Shown one piece after another: positions 40,369 through 50,131 of a DNA stretch of 64,000 bases. The stretch covers positions 4,256,001 through 4,320,000 of the forward strand of contig CH464491.1 of NCBI GenBank assembly GCA_000002445.1, written 5' to 3'. A program made the position numbers and the translations under genes. Source of the DNA: Trypanosoma brucei (Eukaryota). Below the pieces are notes generated by a model, which saw only the letters and a program-made list of their open reading frames with translations, made no database searches and was not told the origin of the DNA. The first letter of the stretch is position 1; every line of letters starts with the position of its first letter.

Positions 40369-41262
40369 TTACAGAAGTCGCTTCTGAAGTTTCTCCAGAA
40401 ACCGTCCGCGCCTTTGCTCATTCACTCCAAACAAAACATTCATGTGCACTAATGCATTTGTCAGGAGTGAACGCCACTCCGCAGAGTCAAACTTTGGGTG
40501 CCCCAACAGCCAGCAACCCTGGGCAAACAAAGGAAGCGCCACGCGCAATGACGATGTGATGCAGCATGTAATTTTCCTCTGCTCGTTCGCCCCCCGCGAG
40601 CACGACAGTATTCCACTCTCCATTTGCCCACTCTCATTGGCGCATTGAAGCAACCGCGCGGCATCATCAAGAGTCTCGCACTGAACATGAACAATCATTG
40701 GTTCGAACTTCAACTCCAGAAGTTCCGTCTCGTGCAGTAGTGAGTCGAAATACTTCTTTTCCTGCATTAACTTGAGTCCCCCCTCCAGTTGGAGTTGTCG
40801 ACTCCGCCATTCCTCAAAGGACCCCAAGACAGGTACCAGGCGCTGCGTGACCATCTCCTCCACATTAGGGATTGGATCGTGTGATTGAAACAATGCTCCC
40901 TGACCAAAGGCGCCACGTTTTCGGTTGTGCATATCAGCATTGGCATCAGCCTTTAAGACTTTCGCCTCTGCTAGTGGGTTTATGGGGCAGCCGGCGGATA
41001 GTTGACCTTTATGAAAGAGTGATACCCTACCGGAACAGGAGCTGGACGTCACATAGCAACTAAAGTGTTCATTGATGAACTGCACTAAAGGAGCCACTTG
41101 AGGGTCCACACGACCCGCAAGGCTTTTGTCGTTTTTGTTCTCCTGCAAGTCCTCGAGTATTTTTTGCCTCCGTTGGCCGAAAAATGTGCTATTCGGCGCT
41201 GGCTGGTTGAATGCCAGCGTTGAAGCACGACTCAAAAGAGGAAGATGCGCCCTCATCACCAT
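40369..41262 (-). CDS. TYW3: tRNA wybutosine-synthesis protein TYW3 (tRNA-yW N4-methyltransferase) with N-terminal extension
   Basis: KNDKSLAGRVDPQVAPLVQFINEHFSCYVTSSSCSGRVSLF matches the TYW3 signature (DxS..G.VDE...LVQFLN....FTTSSCAGRI). LKFEPMIVHVQC matches TYW3 LKFEPFVLHVQC. About 40 extra N-terminal residues (MVMRAHLPLLSRASTLAF...). ATG start verified. Confidence 0.8.
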   Translation of the reverse strand: MVMRAHLPLLSRASTLAFNQPAPNSTFFGQRRQKILEDLQENKNDKSLAGRVDPQVAPLVQFINEHFSCYVTSSSCSGRVSLFHKGQLSAGCPINPLAEAKVLKADANADMHNRKRGAFGQGALFQSHDPIPNVEEMVTQRLVPVLGSFEEWRSRQLQLEGGLKLMQEKKYFDSLLHETELLELKFEPMIVHVQCETLDDAARLLQCANESGQMESGILSCSRGANEQRKITCCITSSLRVALPLFAQGCWLLGHPKFDSAEWRSLLTNALVHMNVLFGVNEQRRGRFLEKLQKRLL

Positions 41263-41696
41263 TTCAAGTTGGCAATAAGAAAAAAAACACTTTTTTCCTC
41301 AGCTTTCCGCCCCCCTCCTCCTGCACCAAACTTTTTTGATCACCCGATTGGCACCGCTCCCCTTGATTTGGTGGTCTCTGCTTTTCTTTGCACCCCAGTT
41401 ACACCGCGGGCTTCAGCATAAACGAGGGAACGGCAGGTGCGTTCGTGCGTTGGAAACGGGAATTTTTTGTTTCCCACAGAATAAAGCAAAAAACAACCGG
41501 AAAAAGAAAAAGAGGCAGAAACAAATGTCGGCAAGGCATCCACAACAATACGTAACAGTAGTACGCTCCCTGAATACTTCTTGATTAAAAAAAAAAAATC
41601 AAACGAACGACACCATGACGGATGCACAGGAGCACGACAGATGAAAATAACAGTAACGCCTCTGCGTCCTCATACAAGCACGTATTTGACAGCTAT

Positions 41697-42158
41697 TCAT
41701 AGCTGCTCATCTGTCGCATCTTTTACCCCAAGAAGTTTCTTTAACTCCTCTTTGCCGCGTTCCTCACGTCGCTGTCGTTCCTGAACCTCCTCAATAGGCA
41801 CAGCAAGCTGTACCCCACACGTCTCGCGCTCCACAAATCTTCCACTAATTAGCTGAATCCAGTTAGGTTCGTGTGGCACACTTCGCGCAAGCACGACATC
41901 ACCATTCCTTGGAGTCCATGGACTGTAGTTGGGATAGTTGTTGTTGGGCAACAAATGGATCTGACAACGCGGCCTCCCAATAGGGCTCCAGTCGATGTAG
42001 TACAACTTGCCCTCACTTGGCTCAAAGGCCTCGTAGTAGTGCATGAGATAATAGTCACTTCCTACACCGAATAAGCCGAACACAACGAGGCCACGGCGGC
42101 ACATGGTGGCAAACTTGCTGTGGATGAACCGCTCGAAGGACAGCCATGAAGAACTCAT
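41697..42158 (-). CDS. hypothetical small protein (~153 aa), one N-proximal hydrophobic segment
   Basis: Track ORF starts on TTG. The in-frame ATG (MSSSWLSF) is at 42156-42158. GLVVFGLFGVGSDYYLMHYY is a possible TM helix. No family recognised. Confidence 0.4.
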   Translation of the reverse strand: MSSSWLSFERFIHSKFATMCRRGLVVFGLFGVGSDYYLMHYYEAFEPSEGKLYYIDWSPIGRPRCQIHLLPNNNYPNYSPWTPRNGDVVLARSVPHEPNWIQLISGRFVERETCGVQLAVPIEEVQERQRREERGKEELKKLLGVKDATDEQL

Positions 42159-42523
42159 GCCATCCAACTGAGTGATAAGCTATACTAAATTTGCAACGGC
42201 GAGGTAAAGTACAGTTAGCAATAATGGGAAGGAGTGTAGAGAAGGTTGCCACTCGCACGAGTGCCAGCGTGACAAAATAGCGGACCGGGCTCAGTTACGG
42301 TTCCAACAATAAACGGCTATAAGCGGCCACCCATACGCCATAAAAACGAGGAAAATGTAAGGGCGCACGACACACCGATAAAGGTTTGCAGTACAATAAC
42401 CTCCCTTTTGCAACCGGAAAGTGAGAGCACAAAAGGAATCGTGCAGTGACAAGCACCGTCACAAAGGGGAAAGGAAAGAGCTAACAGGGGTGCAAACCCC
42501 CTACACGATCATCCACAACCAAG

Positions 42524-43096
42524 TCATGTTTTTTTCTTGCTTGAAGCTGCAGGCCTTTCACCTTTTCTCCCACAAGGAAACTTCTCCATCTCCCTCTTTA
42601 TCTGGTTCCGCTTCACAACGACCATTAGTCTCAGCAGTTGCAAAAACGCGCGAGCTTGTAACCATAAAACCAGCAAAAAGAGTGGCATGTCTAAAGTCAC
42701 CATGATAAACAAACCAGAGGGATCAAAGTAATTAGCTCCCTTTTCAACGAATATCTGTGAGGCGTGTGAGCTCCCCCATTCGTTTAAATACGACGAGCCC
42801 CACACTACGAGCAAAAGTAAAACGGTAACTACAAAAATGCGATCTATGGAAGCCCTCCAAGTCGTCAGCACGACTGTGACAGCAACGGTCAAATGGAAGA
42901 GTGCGAGATATCTAAAGTACGGTTCCCACCAATTCACAGCCGAAATAAAAGCGGCAACTTCCTTCCGAAACTGCTGGAATGCACCTATGGGGCTCATGCT
43001 CCACTTCTGTCCCTCTCCAGAAAAAAACGCACCCCATCCAGTGGCATTCATCACCTCCTCATGAGCCTCCTTCAGCGACTCCAAAAACGCATCCAT
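42524..43096 (-). CDS. TMEM18: TMEM18-like polytopic membrane protein
   Basis: VNWWEPYFRYLALFHL...YLNEWGSSHASQIFVEKGANYFDPSGLFIMVTLDMPLF...KRNQIKREMEKF parallels human TMEM18 (TDWTEPWLMGLATFHAL...[35 protein letters not shown]...KNAQERRKEKK), including the basic C-terminus. I start at the ATG for MDAFLES (43094-43096), which is preceded by a polypyrimidine tract and an AG. Confidence 0.55.
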   Translation of the reverse strand: MDAFLESLKEAHEEVMNATGWGAFFSGEGQKWSMSPIGAFQQFRKEVAAFISAVNWWEPYFRYLALFHLTVAVTVVLTTWRASIDRIFVVTVLLLLVVWGSSYLNEWGSSHASQIFVEKGANYFDPSGLFIMVTLDMPLFLLVLWLQARAFLQLLRLMVVVKRNQIKREMEKFPCGRKGERPAASSKKKT

Positions 43097-43150
43097 TTTC
43101 TTCAGATGCAAAAAAAACAACAACAACTGCGAAGTTGTCTGCTCTCGCCC
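43097..43150 (-). promoter_or_regulatory. polypyrimidine tract + AG immediately upstream of TMEM18-like ATG
   Basis: Minus strand reads cttcgcagttgttgttgttttttttgcatctgaagaaaATG. This supports the internal ATG as the true start. Confidence 0.4.
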
Positions 43151-43566
43151 TTTTCTCCTCTCCAATCACAAATTCGGGACAGGTACGATACCTGTACTTG
43201 CAGCAATTCGCTTAAGCAGCTTATGTATATGTTGCCTGTACTTTTTTAGGGGTGCGAATAGGAGGGAGCTTATAGTAAAAGAGCGAGGTGGTCCAAACGG
43301 GTGAACAATCTTATGGTGCAGTTGTGGAGTAAATATTAAAACATTTAAACGGACCGCATACGACTTTAGGTAATGATGTCTTCATACACACGAGCGCCAA
43401 CACAAGTCCAGATCTAACAATCATCACCCACGTAACTGCGCACACTATAGTGCACAGCGCAAAGCACATGTTTGAGCATGTGTCATCGTCACTACATCGT
43501 TTGGCTTTCTGCAAATGCGCTTCACAGGGGCTGTGGCGCCCCCGTGCGGCTCCGCATGCGACAAAG

Positions 43567-43968
43567 CTACTTCACTTTCTTTTTCAACTTTAGTTTCTTC
43601 TTCACTACACCTGAGGAGACGGGTAGGCTGACCTCCTTTTTCGCCGTTGAATGTCGTGACATCGTAACTCCAGTGTGAACACGAGACTTTCTGCCACTTG
43701 CGCAATCCACACAGAAACCCATCACTCGGCATTCCTTAGTACAGGTAGGGCAACGCCACAGCACACCCTTACGCTCCTCAAAGCCTTCATAAATGTCAAC
43801 TGGCGACTCGTGGCCGAGGCGGATCTTCATCTTTCCCTTCATCTTGGGCCGTGTTTTTTTCAGGTGTACGGACTTCCGCTCAGATGGAATGACTGGAGGT
43901 AATACTCCGCCGTTGGCATCCATCGCACTCTTTCGCTTCTGTCGCTGCCGCCGCGTTTTGGAAACCAT
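43567..43968 (-). CDS. small basic protein with C4 zinc-ribbon (possible nucleolar/ribosome-biogenesis factor)
   Basis: MVSKTRRQRQKRKS...WRCPTCTKECRVMGFCVDC...KKKLKLKKKVK is Lys/Arg-rich at both ends with a CxxC...CxxC knuckle. Track ORF begins on GTG at 44049. First ATG is at about 43966-43968. Confidence 0.45.
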   Translation of the reverse strand: MVSKTRRQRQKRKSAMDANGGVLPPVIPSERKSVHLKKTRPKMKGKMKIRLGHESPVDIYEGFEERKGVLWRCPTCTKECRVMGFCVDCASGRKSRVHTGVTMSRHSTAKKEVSLPVSSGVVKKKLKLKKKVK

Positions 43969-44388
43969 CGTTGATATAAGAGGTCTACTCACTTCCGCAA
44001 CTAATATTCCCTTCAACACACTTTCCCTCTCTTCGCAATCACACCTCACAGCCTTTCCCGTTCCCTCGCCACTACCCTTCTCGCCGCAAACCTTACTACT
44101 GAGAAGACGGCTTCTCAGTAAGCTTTCATTTGGATAAGAAATGAAAAAAAAGAGTAGGGAAAGGGGAGTATCAAGGAAAATGGAAGAAAACGTACATGAA
44201 GGTCAGCTGACAAGCATTCTCTTCCTTCTCATGCAAGTAAAACAACGATAACTACGAGCTAATTCTCGACAATTGGAAACAGTAAAATTGCGTAGCCCCG
44301 TGGATCGCTGCCGATACCGTGACCTTTTAAAGCTACGCTATTCACTAGTGGGACATGGAATAATCTTCTTCCTGATTCCTTCACCGAG

Positions 44389-46617
44389 TTAATAGAAGGA
44401 AAACCGGGGCTCTTCACCCTTCTCTTGAGCGTCCTTGATGCGCTTCTCGTACTTGGGTGCGAGCTCCTTCGCTTGCTTCCACGCATATTCCTTCATTGGT
44501 TCCGTTAGGCGATTATAGTACTTATTCTTCATCTTTTCCAACTTCTTAGGATCATGCGCCTTCATTGCAATATTCATCATTGACGCTGGACCAATGAGAG
44601 CGAGATTACCCGCTGTCACATCACTGTTTGGTAGTCGCATGTTCTTCCGTGGGTCGTTAAACCAGTGATCCTTCTTGAAGAGGTCCTCACTATCAAGCAA
44701 TTTGTCGTCCTCATCGTCGTCATCCTCGAAGGTGATGGCCTTGTTTTGCATCCGTTTCACCTCAGCAGTGTCGTACCCAACCTTGTCCATACGACTTATC
44801 CAATAGGCCGTACTCAAGGGCGACGCAATGGCCTCTTCACCGTGACCGTCACTAAGACGACTCTGGCGCTCATGCAATTCTGCCTCAGCTATAGTCGCTT
44901 CATCCGCCTCCTCATCGAGAAGAGTAACGTTGGACGCAAGTCGACCTGTGACACCTTCCGATGTAAACCTCACGCGCCGTCCTTTTCTCAGCAACAGACT
45001 ACGTGACTTATAGTCAACAATATTCTCTTCCCCATCACGTATAAGGTACCGGTTACCATCATCCCCCTCAATAACAGCTTGCGCCTCCAGTGGTGACCAC
45101 GTGACTATCATTCCTTCAATCCAAGCTGCAGCAGCCGGAGGTGCCGCTACCACAGCGGCACACTCAACACCGCTTGAGCCGCAAGAAACACTTCTGTCAG
45201 TCACAAACGCCACGTCACGTATCCCCAAGGTAGAAGCTGTGCTAGTCGTATCTCTCACCGCCAAAGAAAGAACGCTGATCTCCTTGGCGTTCCGGCGGTC
45301 CTTGGGATCAACATTAAAACACACAACAGCCCCTCGAATAGAGCTGCTTTTCTGGTCGATAAGCTGCACAAAATCAGCAGCAGAACGGATGTAATACAGA
45401 CGTCTGTTTCCCGTTTCAATAATGCCCTGTCCACCGCTCCATCGAGTGACCACACCATAGAGCGGACCAGACGGAAGAGGTTCATCGCTTTCGTCAGCCG
45501 CATCATCAAACAGCGTACCGAATTGCTTTGTCCGTTTCGCTTGGTGCGCTTCGGCGGACTCCTTCACCTTAGCCTCAACCGCGCTAGCACGCGCCCCCTC
45601 AAAGTTTATTTCACCCGAAACAGTAATGTTCTCGGCGAACACTTTTGATGGATGTGCAGTGTACGTTACCTTTTTAAAAGTGACAATGCGTCCCACCAAA
45701 TCCAAAGCCGTTGGGAGTGCGGTGTCGAAAGCATCTACATTGCGTATAATACAAACATTTCCCTCCGGTCCCTCCATTGCAAGAGGGGCGGAGGATGGAG
45801 AATCGGGGAGCGCGGTCACATCGCATAACACAACTCCGCTACGGTACAGTTGGGACCACGCGAGCACAATTCCCGTTTGCTCCGTTGCTAAAACCGTCCT
45901 CTTTTGGGCCTCGGCAACCTTCAGCTCCCGCCGCCGCCTCTCCAGTTCTTCACGTGCCTTCTTCTCGTCCCCAAATCGTCGTCGTAAGCGTAACAATTCT
46001 TTAGTATCACTGTCCAGTACAACGGTGTTTCGGAGGTCCTTTAAGCCAAGCGGGGCTGGAATGCCTCCCATTAAAATACCATCTTCAGCCTCCCACATGT
46101 CCACTGCATCGCTGTTACGGTTACGGTTGCAGTTGCGGTCGCTGTCAGGGAGCAATGACAGACTGTCAAGGTCCACCACAATGTTCCCAGCAAACAACTC
46201 GGGTTGCAATGGCGTTGGTACCGCTTGCCGTTCGGGTAATGTAGCTTTCATTCCTCCCCGAAGGGAACTGGGTGTATCTTTTTCCTCTTGCCGTGTATCT
46301 GAGCGGAAGACGGCAAGAAAGTCCACAGGAGTGGGCTGCATGTAGCTTTTCGCAGTGATCTCGTCCACACGGTTGCGTGTGATAACGCTATCGGTTTCCC
46401 TCGCGCTACTGATTGCCATAAACTCGACGTGAGCTCCAACTAAAGAATGTATTTGCGTCGGTAGAATTGTCTCAAAGGCCCGAGCGTTAGGAATTGCATA
46501 CGTCTTCTGATCCTCGGCGCAAACGATGGAACCGCGGCGCTCGAAGGGATGCCATGAGATTACTGTCCCACGCAATTTCTTCTTGGGAGCAGCCAACAAC
46601 AGAGTGGTCCAGCGCAT
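44389..46617 (-). CDS. protein with multiple cold-shock-like (OB-fold) repeats, CSDE1/UNR-like, plus conserved C-terminal module
   Basis: At least five copies of a CSD-like hairpin pattern: GTVISWHPFERRGSIV, IVLAWSQLYRSGVVLCDV, GVVTRWSGGQGIIETGNRRLYYI, GAVVCFNVDPKDRRNAKEISV, GMIVTWSPLEAQAVIEGDDGNRYLI. 742 aa, ATG start. The N-terminus MRWTTLLLAAPKKKLRG is presequence-like. Confidence 0.35.
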   Translation of the reverse strand: MRWTTLLLAAPKKKLRGTVISWHPFERRGSIVCAEDQKTYAIPNARAFETILPTQIHSLVGAHVEFMAISSARETDSVITRNRVDEITAKSYMQPTPVDFLAVFRSDTRQEEKDTPSSLRGGMKATLPERQAVPTPLQPELFAGNIVVDLDSLSLLPDSDRNCNRNRNSDAVDMWEAEDGILMGGIPAPLGLKDLRNTVVLDSDTKELLRLRRRFGDEKKAREELERRRRELKVAEAQKRTVLATEQTGIVLAWSQLYRSGVVLCDVTALPDSPSSAPLAMEGPEGNVCIIRNVDAFDTALPTALDLVGRIVTFKKVTYTAHPSKVFAENITVSGEINFEGARASAVEAKVKESAEAHQAKRTKQFGTLFDDAADESDEPLPSGPLYGVVTRWSGGQGIIETGNRRLYYIRSAADFVQLIDQKSSSIRGAVVCFNVDPKDRRNAKEISVLSLAVRDTTSTASTLGIRDVAFVTDRSVSCGSSGVECAAVVAAPPAAAAWIEGMIVTWSPLEAQAVIEGDDGNRYLIRDGEENIVDYKSRSLLLRKGRRVRFTSEGVTGRLASNVTLLDEEADEATIAEAELHERQSRLSDGHGEEAIASPLSTAYWISRMDKVGYDTAEVKRMQNKAITFEDDDDEDDKLLDSEDLFKKDHWFNDPRKNMRLPNSDVTAGNLALIGPASMMNIAMKAHDPKKLEKMKNKYYNRLTEPMKEYAWKQAKELAPKYEKRIKDAQEKGEEPRFSFY

Positions 46618-49600
46618 GGCAACTTCAACTAAACCCTATGCGATTCCTTCTCTTTTTGTTTCTCTTACGGCTCACGCGCAAGCGAACGGGCCCACAGAGC
46701 GTATTTCTTTTTATTTCCCTCCACTGATGAAGTTACTTCTTCGGTGATTGCGGCGGAGGCGCTGGTCCACAGGTGTACACAGTAAACCGCGTTGCAAAAA
46801 GAGGAGGCCGCAGAAGGGGGGAGGGAAAGAAAGGAATAAGAACACAATGGCATGTTTTAGGAAGAAGAAACAAAAATAAATAAAAAAATAAATAGGAGCA
46901 GCAAAGAAGCACCACTAATGAAATCCAAACACACGAGCACAACGAAGCAGCACAAATGGGAAGTGACGCATGCACGGAGAGTTTGTATATATATATATAT
47001 ATACGTGCTTTGGCGGAACAATTTGTTGTTTCACTTGAAAATCTGGTGAAGCTCAATACAGAGAGGAGATGGAAAAGTATTCTTGAAGTGAAAGAAAGAG
47101 ATTTGAAAAAACAAAAAAAACGAGAATAAGGAGAAGGGACACGCACTTCATACAACAACATGATGCACTGAACACACACGACCACGTGCACCTGCAGTTA
47201 CTTCGCCCTTCTCCTCCTCTTCCTCCTCTACAATGAGTTGAAACGTAACAGTCACGCAACGAATGGGGGGGGGGAATTCACCGTGAGTAATCACACGTTA
47301 TGAAGGAGGGAGGGAGGGGGGGGGGCGGAGGAAATCCACGTACCTCAAAACACGTACCAAATAGAAAAAGAAAAGAAAAAGAAAGGGGGAGATCAACATC
47401 GACATTAAATCAACAACAACATCGACAACGACAACAACAAAAGAGCGACAGAACAACAGGACATAAAAAAAAAAAAGTAAGGTCTTCTCTAATTGAGCTA
47501 CACGTATAATAGACATGAAATGAACCTTCATATCTCCTCTTTGACCCCTGCCCCACTATCAAAAATAAATAGATTTCAAACCTCTCCCCTCTCCCTTCTT
47601 TTTCTTCCCCCTTTTTCTAACTCTCATTATCCCGTTCCTCTTCATCCACCTTAGTGATTCGCCCTTCTCGCATTGATTATCATTGTTATCCTCTTTCTTC
47701 CTGTTTCTGTTTCTGTTTCCCTTTTCCTTTTTTTTTTTTGATGCCTCCCCTCGAGAACCGCGTTTTAATTACCGATTCCCTCTCTTTTCTTTAACTCTTA
47801 TCTTTCTTTTGTTTTTCTTCTCTATTATTATTATTATTATTATATTTTTCCCCCTTTGGCCCGCACGCTCTCTTTCTAGAGAAGGGACCAACTTGATAGG
47901 GAGGAGGAAGAAGAGAAGGTCATGGGAAAACAACACACGGCAGAAAATTACCTTCCATGGCGAAATGAAAGGTACAAATAAGTCGGTAAAAATAAAACAA
48001 ACCATTTGCGAAATCGCTTTACTCTTATCACCCAGTGAAATGCACACAAGCGCATATGGACAAATGTACGCTGAGAAATAAACACCGCCAGCAGTGCTGT
48101 AAACTTAATCACTATTTTTTTTTCATTTTAATTACCTTCCTTTTCATCTATCTCACTTCATTCATTTCCCCCGTACACTTTTTGACTTCTCTTTCTCTTT
48201 CTACATTTTTAATGTTGTTACACCTGCTCTCATATTTTTATTCCCTTTTCTTTCTTGTAGTTTCCTCCATACACACACACGCACTCCCACCTAACTCCTT
48301 TATTTCTTTTCTTTTACTTCCCTCTTTTTCTTTTTTTCTCCCTCCTCCCCATCTTCTTCCCACCAGCGGCTTGTTTCCCTCTAACTCATGTGTCGCGATC
48401 CCCCCACACAAAAAAAAAAACTTTTCCTTCTTTATTTCTTTTTTTTCTTTCTTCGCCCCTCACAAAACCAACACACTCACAAAACGCCGGATATTAAACC
48501 CCACCCCGCCTCTCTCAGCGCAAAATACATCATTACCGGCTCAGTGACTACTCATTATTTATATATATATAGAGAGAGAGGGAGAGAGGGTAAAACTAAA
48601 TACAAGAGAGGGATGGAAAAAAGAAAAAAAAAGAAAGGAGGAGTGACTTTGAAAAAAAAATTTCCATCCCATCAACATCCTCTTCACTTGCCCTCTTTTT
48701 TTTTTCGTTTCGTTTCGCTTCGTTTCGTTTTTTTTTTGAAAAATTATTCCTCCTCCTCCTCCTTCCACCACACTCCACCACTTCCCTATTTTTTTTTCTT
48801 TCTTCTTTTCTTTTACTTGTTCCACTTTTTGGCTTTGTTTTATTTTGTCTTATATTTATCTCTTTTTTTTTGTTTTTTTTGTTTTTTTTGCAGTTTGTTT
48901 TGTTTTTATTCCCGCTTTTGTCCCCTTTCCATCTCTTTTTTTTTTTCATATAATAACAAACACACCTAACATAAACACAACCAGAGACGCTTAGTAACTG
49001 GCAGTTATACAAAATATAAACAAATATATAGATTTATATTTATTTATATATATTCATATATATATGTATATATATATATATACATGTAAACAGGTGAATA
49101 GAAAAAGAACACGCGCTCTCCTTCTCTCCCCTTTTCTTCTTTTGCGGTGTGTTTTCCTCTTGGAAAGGATAAGATCAAAAACGGCATTTTTTAAAAAAAA
49201 TTTATTTTGTTTTTCTTGTTTTCCCCTGTGCTGCCCTTTCTTTTCAGTCTTTTTCATCCTTCATAAACTCCACTCAGCACGTAAAGGGATAAAATGAGAG
49301 CATATGCGAAAATGGGGGAAATCATTTATTCGCATTATTTATTTATTTTAATTTCCTTTTTTTTTTCCCTTCCCCTGCAGCCATAAAACCGATATCATCA
49401 CCTCAGTGTGAACAAAGTTGCTGAATGAACGCACACGCTGGCGTGCAGAAGAAAAAAAAAACAAAATCAACAAAGAATCACGGACAAGAAAAGCAAAAAA
49501 ATGGAACATGACATGCGCGGTAACAAAAAAGAAAAAAAGAAAAAAAAAGGAACATGGGAACATGTGAAGGGAAAGATAAGGAACTGTAATTGAAGTCAAC

Positions 49601-50131
49601 AGTAATGACGACAATACCAAAAGGAGAAACGCTTTGATTGATTGATTGTTTGTTTGTTTTTGAAAGTGAATGTGCGAAGAAACGAAATAAATACGTACAT
49701 ATGAACATGAAAGCGACGCCACACACAAGCATACATGATATATTTCCGAGGAAAAAGAAGCGAGAGTATGAGTGAACGCAGAGCAAAATAAGAAAAGGGC
49801 AGAAAAGCCGAGGAGGGAGTGACATTCTTCGCATAACCACTCACGCACCAGCAGCACGTGCTACAGGAGAAGAAAAAAAAATTTACAATCCTTCATGCCA
49901 TGAAGTAGGGATCCTACGACAAGCATAGGGAAGAAACGAGGGGGGGAGGGGAAATAATAATAATATTTGAGAAAAATCCAAAATCTACAGCCACCTAACC
50001 AACCATTTTATTCATCGCCAGTTGAACTTTCACCTATCTCCATCACACACATACACACACCCAAATGAGGGGGGGGGAAACAGCTTTTTTTTAAAAAAAC
50101 CACAACCAACGATATTCGTATCCCCGCAAAG
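46618..50131. other. 3.5-kb ORF-free low-complexity spacer (about 1.4 kb of CT-rich sequence on the plus strand, G10 runs, (ATT)n, (TA)n)
   Basis: 47560-48950 is almost entirely C/T on the plus strand. G-runs occur at 47265-47274 and 47308-47329. ORFs 48035..48547(+) and 48388..48969(+) are poly-Phe/Leu/Ser translations of this tract. Confidence 0.7.
47308..47329. repeat. G-rich run gggagggagggggggggggcgg (G-quadruplex-capable), with a G10 run 45 nt upstream (47265-47274)
   Basis: Read directly. Other G9-G13 runs on the plus strand are at about 32257-32265, 33056-33064, 36015-36027 and 53204-53213. Confidence 0.8.

Noticed and set aside
40690-40705. tRNA T-loop-like GGTTCGAAC motif
   Set aside because: It lies inside the TYW3 coding sequence with no flanking acceptor-stem or anticodon-arm complementarity, so it is coincidental. 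I found no convincing tRNA, rRNA, SL-RNA or snoRNA gene by eye. snoRNAs in the spacers cannot be excluded without covariance models.
48035-48969. Plus-strand ORFs of 170 and 193 aa inside the second long spacer (poly-Phe/Leu/Ser/Pro products), and similar ones at 24618..24905(-) and 49348..49857(-)
   Set aside because: They are pure translations of polypyrimidine or polypurine simple sequence, with no start context or complexity.
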